IMG/VR virus record: IMGVR_UViG_3300017757_000001
Direction: 5' to 3' (one strand)
DNA: 64,000 nt
Source: a virus
Part shown: piece by piece, positions 1 to 10,621 of the stretch
Numbering within the stretch: the stretch's first letter is position 1
Layout: each line of letters opens with the position of its first letter
Position numbers and translations under genes: made by a program
The notes under the pieces: generated by a model
What the model saw: only the letters and a program-made list of their open reading frames with translations
Told to the model about the DNA's origin: nothing
Database searches by the model: none

Positions 1-3000
1 TGAAGGTGATACTACTCCATGAGGTGTTGAACCTGTTTCTGGAGTAACTGCTAATTGTGTATGTGAATTAATTGAAGCTGGTACTACCCTACTACGTTCT
101 AATAAATGTTGTTTTATTACTATTCCTGTTGTAATACTTGAACGTGCAGGAACATAATTTTTAATTGCTTTAAATAATGAATTATCAAAGTATTTTATTA
201 ATCTAAGATAATCATATGGATTTCCTTGAGTATATTTTTCAAAATATATATTAGCTGTTCGTCTTAATGCTGGATAGTAATCTGGTGCATTTATTCCATA
301 ATATAAATTTCTTGGATCTGCTATTGCGTCAGCTATAACTCCAAATCCATATGTTTGTATAATATCATCATCTACTTCATCTTGAGGTGAAAATGCTACT
401 TCTATTCTATTAATATCTTCAGTATAGCTTCTACTTATTTGATAATCTTGCTGTATACTAGTTTCTCTCATTAAAACATTACCATAATATTCTCCATCAT
501 CAATTTGGATCTTATTAGTAATTCTATTTCTTACCCCCATTGCAGGTTGATCTAATAAATAAGTTTCAACATTAGTTTCACTAAATGTTCTTTTTGAATT
601 ATTACCATAATATACTACATAATAATCACTGGATGTATTATTTGTAGATGTACCACTACTACCTGATACAAATGATGATGTTGTTAAAAATGCTGCTTCA
701 GGAGCTACAGCAGGGTGTACTGATGTTAAAGGTTCTACATATGAAGTACTTATTGATGAAGTAAAGAAATGTTCTAATTCATTACCTAATGGTGCTCTAA
801 AATTAACCATTCCAAATGAACTATGGGATCCTGTTATTTCTGTTCCTTCAATTGATTCAGGATTCATTGTAAAGTCATGGAATCTTGGTTCATTTAAAGT
901 GAATGGTGAAACTTCTGTCCCCAACCCAAAACGATAATATCTTAATTCTTGAAGTGATCCTGAAAATATTTTTCCTGGGGCTGTAAATGTTTTAGAACCT
1001 GAAACTGCTGAAGGATTTCCTATACGAGTTCCATTTTGAAGTCCTCCTATATATAAACCAGAAGCTGAACCTGATTCATTCCATCCCATATCCCATGCAG
1101 GCATATAATAATTTAAATTTCCTGGATATGATGCACTTGTAACTAATACAGTTGAACCTGTAAATCCTACTGCATTTCCATCAAATCCATCATATATTTT
1201 ATTAGCTGCAGCTAATGTATAATAAAATTTACCACCCGCCATAGTACCTTCAAGTTTAAACTTTACAGGTGATGTAATTGTTGTCCCCTCATTTGACCCC
1301 AATCCATCTAAAATATTTAATATATTTGAACTAATTGTTACAGGTGGTTGTATTGGGGTTTGGTTTGTAAGTAAAACTACGACTACAACTGGGGTTCCAT
1401 ATGCTTGTAATTTTAATGGACCTCCTCCAATTGCAGCTGCTGAATTAATAGCTGCTGCAAGATTATTATGTTTAGTTAATCTGGAAGTCATATCACTAAG
1501 CCAAACATATTGATTTGTTGTGCCAGATATTAAATCTCCATTTGTTAATCCTGAAGCTGTGTCTGTTGCACAAATGTATGCTACATTTCCTTGATCATCT
1601 TCTATTTTAATAGCTTCTGATGTACCTGGAGCTAATAATCCATACCCTGCAGAATTACTAAAAATAAATTGAAGTGAAGGAGTATTATAATCATCTTTTG
1701 GACGTGTATGTCCATTTTCTGGGTTATAATATGTTCTTTGTAAGATAACACTCCACCAACCTTCATCAAAATATGGTAAATAAATTGGATCTGATTCTAC
1801 TACTTCATAACCTGAATCTGATCCTGTTCCAAGTGAAGATGAAACAGCAAATGTTAATTCAGCCCAAAGTCTATAATCACTATCTGATGATCCAGAATAT
1901 GATCCTGATGTTGAACCTGTATAATTTAAATTAATTGAAAAATCAGTTAATCCAGAATAGGGAGAATTTAATACTCCTCCTGTTTCTAATTCTCCTGCAT
2001 CATGAATTTTAGCTACTAGTGATTGAGAATAAAATTCTCCAGCTTGAGATGATGAAGGATATCCTGTTGTTTTAAATCTAAAAGCTAATCCATTTGGACA
2101 TCCCCACTGATCAAAATTATTTGTTTTATCTAAAACATTTGATTGCAGTTGAGTCCATGGAACTACTATAGATGAACTAGCTACATTTTGATTAGCTATA
2201 GGTTTATAAGCATAACTATATCTTTTATACCACAAATCATAATCATCTGAATTATCTTTATTTTTTCCACCAAATTCATTTATTCTTAATATAGTACTAG
2301 GTATACCCCATATATTAATTAATTCTCTTAATCCTGCTATTGTACCTTTTTTCTTAACTAAATAAGACATATTATGGAATAATCTTTTGAAGATTTCCTT
2401 ACTTACTCTATCTATAGCATAAGGCCAACCTGGGGATTCTATAGACTCTACATAATCATCCCATGAATAATCATCTTGCCAATAATTAATAATTTCTCCT
2501 TTATTAATAGCAATATAATTAGTAATTAATTCACTACCTGTTGGAGGAACATATACCCCATTATCTTCTCCTGTTAATCCAATAAAATTATCTTGGTCAT
2601 TGTAATTATTTCCAAAACCATCATATCCTAAAGCAGCTATAGCATCATCTGCTAACTGTAGAGGAATTCCTTGATCTAATTGATTTGTAGTATTGTATCT
2701 TTCAGATAATGCTTTTGTATATAACCATAATTCATCAAAATGCTGACCTGTCATATTAACAAAATCTAAATAATTTTCATTTTGTTGGTTATCTCTTATG
2801 AATTCAGGTACAGTATAATATAACCAGTTTGGATTACTTTCATCAAAGAAAGAAGCTGATAAATAAACTCCACCATAAACTGAACTTGTATTTTCAGTAC
2901 TTCCTAACCATTCAGAAGCTGATACACTATTAGTTGGATATAAATCATAAGGGTAAGAATATGATGATGAATTTATTCCTATTTTAGGATAAGAAAGTGA

Positions 3001-4443
3001 TGATGTATTATAATATAAAAAATATTCATATCCATCAAAGTTTGTTATTATATTTTCTACTTTATTATCTAATGTAGATATACTTTGTGAATTTAATGTT
3101 TGATTTGGTATTACAGCAGCATAACCGCTACCTGCAGTGGTAGCATTTATTGAAGTAACAGTATTACCAGATACAATTATAGACAAAAAAGCACCTGATC
3201 CTTGTCCTGTATTTGAAGGACTTATTCCAATATAACTTCCATTAGTTGCCGTTGAAGTTTGTTGGGTTATTGAATTTGCTAAATTACCAAATGTTCCTGC
3301 ACCCCCAGTATTTTGAGCATATATTAAACCTCCATTTGCGTTATGATTATCTATATCACTTTGTTGTAAAGTAATTATAACATCATTATCTCCACCAATT
3401 ATATTTTTTGAAATTGTTAATTTATCTCCAGTTACACCTGATAAAGTTTTAATATCTGATTGGTATGATAATATTGTTGTCAACTTTTCTGCAAAATTTC
3501 TAACTCGTGCTTGGGCAGATGAGAAATTTACAAACTCCCCAAAATTATTATAAGAATAATCGGGTTGTAAATAAACTCCTTTTCTATTTAAAACAGCTTG
3601 AAGTTGAAATTCAGATGCAGTTGATGGAGAAGTAATTAAATCATTTTTAGATTTTAATTCTGTTGAATTATTTATATAATTACTTAATTTTACATTAGTA
3701 TTTGGACCCTGTATATAATCAACATCATCTAAAATAATATCATCAATAACAAAATTTACTTTATATGCTTGAGACTCAGCTACTTTTGTTGCAACATAAA
3801 GTGTATCCTTTAAAGAATATTGAGATGGTAACCCATCATATAATTTAATTAAAACTGAATATTGTTCTTCTGATGTATCTAAATCACAATTAACACATAT
3901 ATGATATTCATTTTGCCCAAATGTAATATAAAATTCATCAAAATACTCTGAATTGTCTAAAGTACTTCTAAGAATATCATAAGATTGTTGTAATTCTTGA
4001 TTAGAAATAAAATTAGATTTTAACCTTAACTCAGATCTGTCTGATGATATTTCTGATATATAAAATAATTTATTATATGAACTATTTAATTCTAAATTAA
4101 TAAAATTATATAAAGCATATATTGTATTGTTTTGGTATCCTGCTTTATAAACATCTTGTACAGGAGTAATAGTTAATTGATTAGTACTTGTTAATGTAGA
4201 ATTGTCTGTATTAACATTATCATTTATACCCCATTCATTAAATTCATAATTAGAGGTTAATACATTATAATTTTCATCATAAACATAAAATTCAACTGTA
4301 TTTATTCCAGGTTCAAAAGAAGATGAGAAATCAAAACTTGGGATTATGTTTTGATCTGATAACTCAAACCCTTCACCATATAATAACTGTGGAGTTACTT
4401 GTTGTACAGATGAAGATATAATATTTTTATTATCAAACTGCAT
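1..4443 (-). CDS. Large baseplate/tail structural protein (gp7/P2 gpI-like wedge), runs off the left edge
   Basis: ATG at 4443-4441 (MQFDNKNIISS...), open frame to position 1 by manual translation; contains KKKGTIAGLRELINIWG (P2 gpI/gp7-like KGT motif) and YTVPEFIRDN..YLDFVNMTGQHFD; next to gp6/gp25; absent from the ORF track because it has no stop in the window. Confidence 0.75.
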   Translation of the reverse strand, partial: MQFDNKNIISSSVQQVTPQLLYGEGFELSDQNIIPSFDFSSSFEPGINTVEFYVYDENYNVLTSNYEFNEWGINDNVNTDNSTLTSTNQLTITPVQDVYKAGYQNNTIYALYNFINLELNSSYNKLFYISEISSDRSELRLKSNFISNQELQQSYDILRSTLDNSEYFDEFYITFGQNEYHICVNCDLDTSEEQYSVLIKLYDGLPSQYSLKDTLYVATKVAESQAYKVNFVIDDIILDDVDYIQGPNTNVKLSNYINNSTELKSKNDLITSPSTASEFQLQAVLNRKGVYLQPDYSYNNFGEFVNFSSAQARVRNFAEKLTTILSYQSDIKTLSGVTGDKLTISKNIIGGDNDVIITLQQSDIDNHNANGGLIYAQNTGGAGTFGNLANSITQQTSTATNGSYIGISPSNTGQGSGAFLSIIVSGNTVTSINATTAGSGYAAVIPNQTLNSQSISTLDNKVENIITNFDGYEYFLYYNTSSLSYPKIGINSSSYSYPYDLYPTNSVSASEWLGSTENTSSVYGGVYLSASFFDESNPNWLYYTVPEFIRDNQQNENYLDFVNMTGQHFDELWLYTKALSERYNTTNQLDQGIPLQLADDAIAALGYDGFGNNYNDQDNFIGLTGEDNGVYVPPTGSELITNYIAINKGEIINYWQDDYSWDDYVESIESPGWPYAIDRVSKEIFKRLFHNMSYLVKKKGTIAGLRELINIWGIPSTILRINEFGGKNKDNSDDYDLWYKRYSYAYKPIANQNVASSSIVVPWTQLQSNVLDKTNNFDQWGCPNGLAFRFKTTGYPSSSQAGEFYSQSLVAKIHDAGELETGGVLNSPYSGLTDFSINLNYTGSTSGSYSGSSDSDYRLWAELTFAVSSSLGTGSDSGYEVVESDPIYLPYFDEGWWSVILQRTYYNPENGHTRPKDDYNTPSLQFIFSNSAGYGLLAPGTSEAIKIEDDQGNVAYICATDTASGLTNGDLISGTTNQYVWLSDMTSRLTKHNNLAAAINSAAAIGGGPLKLQAYGTPVVVVVLLTNQTPIQPPVTISSNILNILDGLGSNEGTTITSPVKFKLEGTMAGGKFYYTLAAANKIYDGFDGNAVGFTGSTVLVTSASYPGNLNYYMPAWDMGWNESGSASGLYIGGLQNGTRIGNPSAVSGSKTFTAPGKIFSGSLQELRYYRFGLGTEVSPFTLNEPRFHDFTMNPESIEGTEITGSHSSFGMVNFRAPLGNELEHFFTSSISTSYVEPLTSVHPAVAPEAAFLTTSSFVSGSSGTSTNNTSSDYYVVYYGNNSKRTFSETNVETYLLDQPAMGVRNRITNKIQIDDGEYYGNVLMRETSIQQDYQISRSYTEDINRIEVAFSPQDEVDDDIIQTYGFGVIADAIADPRNLYYGINAPDYYPALRRTANIYFEKYTQGNPYDYLRLIKYFDNSLFKAIKNYVPARSSITTGIVIKQHLLERSRVVPASINSHTQLAVTPETGSTPHGVVSPS

Positions 4444-4444
4444 A

Positions 4445-4840
4445 TTAAGAATTATTTGCTATTTCTCTTTGTACTTGTACTTGTGCTTCTCTAATTTCTC
4501 TAGAGTTTGTCATTATATTTGCCATATCTGTTCTCAATGTTAAATTTTCTTCTCTTAATTCAGCAATTTCATCAAGTAAAGCTTGTACTTCAATATTATT
4601 TGCTAAAAAATCTACATATTCACCACTTTCAGCAGCTAAAAATTGGTGAGAATTAACATCACCTTGTTTAGGAATTTCATAAAATAACTTGTTGTATAAA
4701 TTAAAAAAATCTTCTACAGTAGCCAAATTTAGATCAAAAAATTGTAAATCAGATTTATCTAATAATTGATTAAATCCTGTGTCTACAGTTTCATTAAATT
4801 TATTTTTATCAAATACTTGTCTATTTAAAATTATATTCAT
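4445..4840 (-). CDS. Hypothetical virion-associated protein with C-terminal coiled coil
   Basis: ORF track; coupled within the baseplate operon. Confidence 0.6.
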   Translation of the reverse strand: MNIILNRQVFDKNKFNETVDTGFNQLLDKSDLQFFDLNLATVEDFFNLYNKLFYEIPKQGDVNSHQFLAAESGEYVDFLANNIEVQALLDEIAELREENLTLRTDMANIMTNSREIREAQVQVQREIANNS

Positions 4841-4842
4841 AA

Positions 4843-6258
4843 TTATCCATTTACTACTTTAAATCTCATATCTTCATCAAATACTTGTGTTACTCCTCCA
4901 ATTACAGTTTTTATTAAAATTGTATAATCTCTTTCAGGTTCTAAACCATTCATGTATACTGTAAAATAACTACTTTCACTATCAGCACTTATTTTAGTAT
5001 ATGTGCTGTCAAAGTCTATAATCATTTCATTAGTTTCACTATCTTTAATAGCATATAATGATGTATCTTCAGGTAAAAAATAATTTACTCCAAATTGAGA
5101 TGCTGTTTGAAATACTCTAATTGGATATTGAGGCATAGCGGCTACTCTAAAATCAACAATACTTTGAGAGTAATATACTTGTTGATTGTTATATATAGAC
5201 ATTAATGCTTGATTATTTTTTAATACAGTATTAGTACTAGACCCTGTTGAAAAATAATAATTATCCCATTTCATTTCTAATTGTGGGGGATATATAGTAT
5301 TTGTATCTATTGAAAAAAATCTAAATGTAGCTTGTGTATTTATATCATTTAAAAATTCCTGACTTCCTGATTGTTTTACAATAAAACCTTCATTTTTCTG
5401 ACCAATAAGTGGATCTTTGTAATAATCTAATTGTTCTACAATTGAAGGTTTAACACTAACATTTAAATCAATAGGATTAGCATAAGTATAATCTTGTTTA
5501 AAATTATAAATTGTTCCATTTGAAGTAGCATAATACCATGCTGCTCCTCCTTCTTGCCCAGATACCCATGATGCTGTTACATAAGGAGAACCTACTGCAA
5601 ATCCGGATGTCTGCCATTTTGTAGAACCTGAAAATGTATTCCAAGTCCAACTTGCACCATTTTGAGTTTGAGGAGAATTATAATATTTTCCTGTACCCAT
5701 ATCCCAACTTTGTGATATAGGATATACTTCTAAAGCTGCATCTTGACTTAGTCCACTTACTACTGCTGCAAATAATCTAAAATTACTATCAAAATCTAAA
5801 TTTTTAGTTATTACATTTAATGATACTTGGGATGAACTTACTCCTAAAGCTCCTGGTTTTATAGTATTTCCACTATCACTATAACTTGATCCTGCTTGGG
5901 TAACAAAGATTGATGTAATCGCACCCGTTCCATTTATTATTACTGTAGCTAAACCATCTTGACCCTTACCACTTGATTCAATAGGTACATTAGTATATGT
6001 TCCTGGTGTACCATCGCTAATATTTGGAGAAAAAGTTATAAAAGAACCTACTAATAAGCCTGTTCCTTTTATTATATAATTACTCCAAACATCATTTATT
6101 TCCTTATCTGAAAATTTTACAATAGATCTAGCCACTTGTCCCGTACCATCAGCTACATAAGTTGAACAGTCTAGTATTTCATCTATACCAGTATTCATAC
6201 TCTTAGATATAGAATATAATGTTGTGTCTTTTTCGGGAAATAATTTATATATGGCCAT
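4843..6258 (-). CDS. Virion structural protein, DNRLRE-like beta-sandwich domain
   Basis: KDTTLYS...ARSIVKF...VYPISQSWDMGTG...FFSIDT..YPPQLEMKW pattern; baseplate context. Confidence 0.55.
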   Translation of the reverse strand: MAIYKLFPEKDTTLYSISKSMNTGIDEILDCSTYVADGTGQVARSIVKFSDKEINDVWSNYIIKGTGLLVGSFITFSPNISDGTPGTYTNVPIESSGKGQDGLATVIINGTGAITSIFVTQAGSSYSDSGNTIKPGALGVSSSQVSLNVITKNLDFDSNFRLFAAVVSGLSQDAALEVYPISQSWDMGTGKYYNSPQTQNGASWTWNTFSGSTKWQTSGFAVGSPYVTASWVSGQEGGAAWYYATSNGTIYNFKQDYTYANPIDLNVSVKPSIVEQLDYYKDPLIGQKNEGFIVKQSGSQEFLNDINTQATFRFFSIDTNTIYPPQLEMKWDNYYFSTGSSTNTVLKNNQALMSIYNNQQVYYSQSIVDFRVAAMPQYPIRVFQTASQFGVNYFLPEDTSLYAIKDSETNEMIIDFDSTYTKISADSESSYFTVYMNGLEPERDYTILIKTVIGGVTQVFDEDMRFKVVNG

Positions 6259-6269
6259 TTTTTATTTTT

Positions 6270-8132
6270 TTATAATGCTACTACTCTACCTTTTATATCT
6301 GATGTAGGATTTTTTAATTCAAAAATCATTGGATCAATAGATGGGTAAATAACTTCATCTATAGTAGCACTTTCTACATCATAAGCGTATTTACTATATC
6401 CTAAATTTTCACCAGTTAAATTATTAACTGTTACATTTTTAACAGTTTGAACTCCTTCTACCTTATCTAATAAAATATATAAATCTTTCATTATAATAGG
6501 TTCATTTATCTGCCATTTATCAATATGGAAATACTCTGATAGAGCATCTATACATGCTGTTAGTACTTTATTATTATTATAATTTGGTAAAACAATTATA
6601 TTAAATAATACTTCTATATTAATAATAAAAGCATTTTTAATTTTAATTGAATCATTTATCATTCTATATTGTGAAAGATAAGTCATCAAATTTCTTTTTA
6701 AAGCTTTTGATGCTGTTCTTAACTTATTGTTTATATCTTTAGTTAAAACATACATATCTAATATTGTTGGTATTTCTCCAGGTTGATATTCTGCTATTTT
6801 AACAGGTTGAGTATATGCTTTAGCTATTGAACCTAAATTAGAAGGCATAGACGTTGCTCTAATTAAATAATCTTGTTCAGTTACTGTTCTTAATTGATTT
6901 TGAAAATTACCTACTGCATTTTGTCTTAATTCTTCAATAGTATCTCCATCAGAACCCCCATCAGCAGCTAAAGAGTTATTAGTAGCTAATGAATTAAATA
7001 TTTTATCAGCTAATGCTCCATTTGATAAATTTTTATTTAAAAATACTACATTTGTATCATCTACTATAGTTAATACATTAGAATTAACATTAGCATCTAC
7101 TCCACCTCCTGTTAGATACCTTATTGTTAAAGTAGTATCAGTAGGAACTATTCCGTAAGTATCAGTAAACACAAAATTAAGAGGAGAAAATGCTGTTGTT
7201 AGTTTATTTTTTTCAAATGGTAAACCTAAACCTACATTATCTGGATTAGGAACAATTTCTTCATCAGTTGTCTTTTGAGTACCTGCTCCAAATTGTAATT
7301 CTAAAGAACCAGAATCTAAAAATCTAGTTGCAAATCTTCTTTGAACTTGTTTTAATCTTAATAAATAAGGAACTTCAGTATCATCTGAATAATTTGGATC
7401 ATTAAATGATGTATTTCTAATGGTGTCAAACACACTTTCTTGTGCTAAATTAGGTACTTCATACCATTCATTTATATCAGAATCATATACATCTAATATT
7501 CCTATAATATCAGCAGCATTAATAGTTCTAGTAACAAACTTATCAGGTGTTGTAAAAGTTAAATTTTGTATATTAATTTTAGCTGATATAGCTTTTCTTG
7601 TCTTTTTTAATAAATAATAAGTAGGGGTTTGATTTGCTATTTGATATACTGTTACTTCTGTAGGATCCATAGAACTTGAAGAAGAAAAATCAATTACATC
7701 TTCTACTAAAAATTGCATACTATCATCTTCATTAGATGTAACTTGTGTATTTTCAGGAATTAATAAGCAATAATCATAATCTGGTACTACTATACTACCA
7801 CTTAATTTTGCTGGTACTTGTTGGTAAAAATCAATATCAACATGAGCTGCTGTTGTAACTTTAGGAACATACCCCAACATATAAGATATATGAAACAAAT
7901 TTTCTTGTTGTCTGGCATATTGTATAAATGTTTCTTGGATTTGATTATCCATATAGAAAGATAAAACATCTCCTACATAAGAAGCCATTTCCATAAATAA
8001 CATACCTGTTGAAGTATCTGTAAAATCATTATAAGTATCAGGAAAGTATGTTTTTGAATATTGGATTAAAGAACTTCTAAAAGTTCCAAAATCTCTATTT
8101 AGATATCTTATATCTCTATTTATATTAGCCAT
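6270..8132 (-). CDS. Baseplate wedge subunit (T4 gp6-like)
   Basis: RDF..FRSSLIQY..TYFP, LFMEMASYVGDVLSFY, LQFGAG, GGSDGDTIEELR..RTVTEQDY motifs. Confidence 0.9.
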   Translation of the reverse strand: MANINRDIRYLNRDFGTFRSSLIQYSKTYFPDTYNDFTDTSTGMLFMEMASYVGDVLSFYMDNQIQETFIQYARQQENLFHISYMLGYVPKVTTAAHVDIDFYQQVPAKLSGSIVVPDYDYCLLIPENTQVTSNEDDSMQFLVEDVIDFSSSSSMDPTEVTVYQIANQTPTYYLLKKTRKAISAKINIQNLTFTTPDKFVTRTINAADIIGILDVYDSDINEWYEVPNLAQESVFDTIRNTSFNDPNYSDDTEVPYLLRLKQVQRRFATRFLDSGSLELQFGAGTQKTTDEEIVPNPDNVGLGLPFEKNKLTTAFSPLNFVFTDTYGIVPTDTTLTIRYLTGGGVDANVNSNVLTIVDDTNVVFLNKNLSNGALADKIFNSLATNNSLAADGGSDGDTIEELRQNAVGNFQNQLRTVTEQDYLIRATSMPSNLGSIAKAYTQPVKIAEYQPGEIPTILDMYVLTKDINNKLRTASKALKRNLMTYLSQYRMINDSIKIKNAFIINIEVLFNIIVLPNYNNNKVLTACIDALSEYFHIDKWQINEPIIMKDLYILLDKVEGVQTVKNVTVNNLTGENLGYSKYAYDVESATIDEVIYPSIDPMIFELKNPTSDIKGRVVAL

Positions 8133-8548
8133 TATTGTAATGATATATTTAACTCATCTTCTATTCCAAAATTTTGTATTTGATATATTAAGTTAAACTG
8201 AATTACATTTCTATCAGTTTGACCATTTTCTTTATCAAATTTTATTTCTTTTACTTGAACAGTTGGAAAGTATGTGTTAATACCTTCTTGAATTATTGTT
8301 ATTAATTGATCTTCAGTTATTTCATCTATTTGTTGAAAAAATAATGTTCTTAGATTTCCACCAAAGTTAGGATTAAAAACTCGCTCACCTTTATTAGTTA
8401 AAATAAAGTTTAATAGATTTGCTTGAATTTGCTTCCTAGTTGTGTAAGTTGGTACAAACACAGCATTCCCATCTAAAGGAAAACCAAAACCAATGGCTTT
8501 TCTTTTTTGAGAGTCTAAAGGATATCTATTATTAATTATTTGAGCCAT
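8132..8548 (-). CDS. Baseplate wedge subunit (gp25/GPW family)
   Basis: NLLNFILTNKGERVFNPNFGGNLRTLFF gp25 signature. Confidence 0.9.
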   Translation of the reverse strand: MAQIINNRYPLDSQKRKAIGFGFPLDGNAVFVPTYTTRKQIQANLLNFILTNKGERVFNPNFGGNLRTLFFQQIDEITEDQLITIIQEGINTYFPTVQVKEIKFDKENGQTDRNVIQFNLIYQIQNFGIEDELNISLQ

Positions 8549-8910
8549 TATTTTTTATTCATTAATCCCATTATTTGATTCATGTCAACTTCACCTGCAG
8601 GTAATTGACCATTTGCTGTATCCATTGCTGGGTTTGGTCTAAAAGATTGTGCTTGTGAAGAATTAAATGCTCCACCTTGAGATGTTTCTCCTAAAATATT
8701 TTTATATGCTAATCTTTTTTCTGCTTCTGTCATTTGTGGTTGTGAAACATTTGGAGATGATATATTTTCTTCTATCTTTACATTTTGTGATGGAGAAGAT
8801 GTAATTATATTAGGAGATTTAACAGCCTCCAGTAAAATATCCTTTAATTCTTCTTGAATTGCTTCTTTTACTGATTCTTTAATTAATTTTTTTAATGCTG
8901 ATGTCTTCAT
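8548..8910 (-). CDS. Hypothetical late protein, possible head-internal protein
   Basis: N-terminal LKKLIKESVKEAIQEE; late-promoter motif directly upstream. Confidence 0.55.
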   Translation of the reverse strand: MKTSALKKLIKESVKEAIQEELKDILLEAVKSPNIITSSPSQNVKIEENISSPNVSQPQMTEAEKRLAYKNILGETSQGGAFNSSQAQSFRPNPAMDTANGQLPAGEVDMNQIMGLMNKK

Positions 8911-8916
8911 TTTATT

Positions 8917-8925
8917 TATAAATAT
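8917..8925 (-). promoter_or_regulatory. Putative late promoter ATAT(T/G)TATA (representative copy)
   Basis: Same 9-mer 5-105 nt upstream of starts at 12203, 16806, 19735, 27639, 33933, 36766, 37619, 41075, 52483; variants at 15533, 19368, 28206, 59005. Confidence 0.6.
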
Positions 8926-8944
8926 TAAATTATTTAACTTTTTA

Positions 8945-10621
8945 TTAACTTGTAGTCATTTCTCTTGATACAAAATTCCACTTATAATAAAAATTATTCC
9001 AATTATAAGTATCTTGTACAGGAAGTCCATTTTCATTTACTGTATTGTTTACTTTTGATTCAGATATAGATCCTGTTGTATTAAAAGGTTCTAAATTAGG
9101 AGTATAAATATCCCAACTCTGACTTGGTGGATTCCATTGATAATAATATGGTGTGTTTATGGATGATGTAGGAGATAATTTGTTAGAAGCATAGTTTATT
9201 CTAACTTGTTTTAAATTATCTATACCTGTTGTACCAAATGGAGAATACTGCATTAATTCTTCTGTATCCAACATAATAGGATCAATTTGAACTTCTGCTC
9301 GTGATTCTAAAGAAGCACTTATATCTGATGTTATTAAAAATTCTCCTGTTCTTTTTTCTATTAATGAAAAATCTTTTGGATAACCATAATAAGATCTATG
9401 ACCTTTCCATTCTGCTCCTGTTATTGCTCTAGTATCTCCATTAACTTTAGTATAATAAACAGTACCACCATCAAATGATGTATCTTCATACATCCAATAT
9501 TGTCCTTGTAATGTTCCTCTACTACCAGCTGCTGTAGTAATTGAAGATGAAGCTGCCAATTCAGTATCTACTGTAACAGCTCTAGCTGCAGGAAGTAAAT
9601 CTATTACAAAAAATAATTCTTCAACTAATACTTTAGTAGAAGAAGAATAAGAATATCCTCCACTTATGTTATATACAGTTTGTTCAAAATTATTTTTTAA
9701 ACCTTGACCAGATATCACAATACTTTCTTCATTTCTTACTCCTTTTGTTCTTCTTGAAGGAAATGAAAATTCATTTTCTGGGTCACTTTCTATAGTTATT
9801 TTAAACCCTTTATAATATAGGGGATTATCAGAATTAGGATTTAATCTATCTAATAAATCAGCATCTTCTATTTGGTTAATACTAATATCATTAAAATCTC
9901 CTACTTCAGTTAATGCAAAATTAATATCACTAAAATATTTATCTTTTACATTTGATTCTGTTGTTTCTTCCCACCATTCAAACCCAGATGTAGATGGATT
10001 ATGGTTTAAATTTCCACCCCCACCTTCAGATCCTGATCCTGCTAAAGACCCATAATATAAACCTTCATATGTAACATTATCTCCAAAAGAATAATCTACA
10101 ATATCAGACCATTCTTGACTATCTTCTAAAAACTGTTCATTAATACACATAGTAAATAATCCATCTACTTCTGATAGTCTTGATAATACATTTTTAACTT
10201 GGTCATTAATAATTTTTACAGATTCAGGTATTACTCCTACTATTCCTTTTCCTTTTTTTATTAATTCCCCAAGCATATCTAATGAATCAGCAAATATTGT
10301 AATTATATTAACTGGAATACCTACACCAGGAGGAACTGATGTTGGTAAGGGGATTGCTTTAATTACTTTTACAGCTGCACTTAAACCTTTTAATAATTTA
10401 CTTGTTGAAGTACCTACTTTTTCTAATGTAGTTAATGTTGCTGATAGTGCTTGTAACCCATTACTAATTTGATTTTTCTTTTGGATTAAAGCTAATAATT
10501 CAGGTTTAGGAGGGCATGCCTCTTCAAATTTTGCAATAAGGTCATCAATAGCTACATCAAACTTAGTTGTTGCTTTTGCGGAACGTAGTACTGAACTTAA
10601 TATAATTTTGTCTAAACCCAT
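8945..10621 (-). CDS. Hypothetical structural protein with a CBM5/12-like motif
   Basis: Helical N-terminus; EWSDIVDYSFGDNVTYEGLYY resembles W-x5-Y-xx-GD-x-V-x-Y-x-G. Confidence 0.5.
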   Translation of the reverse strand: MGLDKIILSSVLRSAKATTKFDVAIDDLIAKFEEACPPKPELLALIQKKNQISNGLQALSATLTTLEKVGTSTSKLLKGLSAAVKVIKAIPLPTSVPPGVGIPVNIITIFADSLDMLGELIKKGKGIVGVIPESVKIINDQVKNVLSRLSEVDGLFTMCINEQFLEDSQEWSDIVDYSFGDNVTYEGLYYGSLAGSGSEGGGGNLNHNPSTSGFEWWEETTESNVKDKYFSDINFALTEVGDFNDISINQIEDADLLDRLNPNSDNPLYYKGFKITIESDPENEFSFPSRRTKGVRNEESIVISGQGLKNNFEQTVYNISGGYSYSSSTKVLVEELFFVIDLLPAARAVTVDTELAASSSITTAAGSRGTLQGQYWMYEDTSFDGGTVYYTKVNGDTRAITGAEWKGHRSYYGYPKDFSLIEKRTGEFLITSDISASLESRAEVQIDPIMLDTEELMQYSPFGTTGIDNLKQVRINYASNKLSPTSSINTPYYYQWNPPSQSWDIYTPNLEPFNTTGSISESKVNNTVNENGLPVQDTYNWNNFYYKWNFVSREMTTS

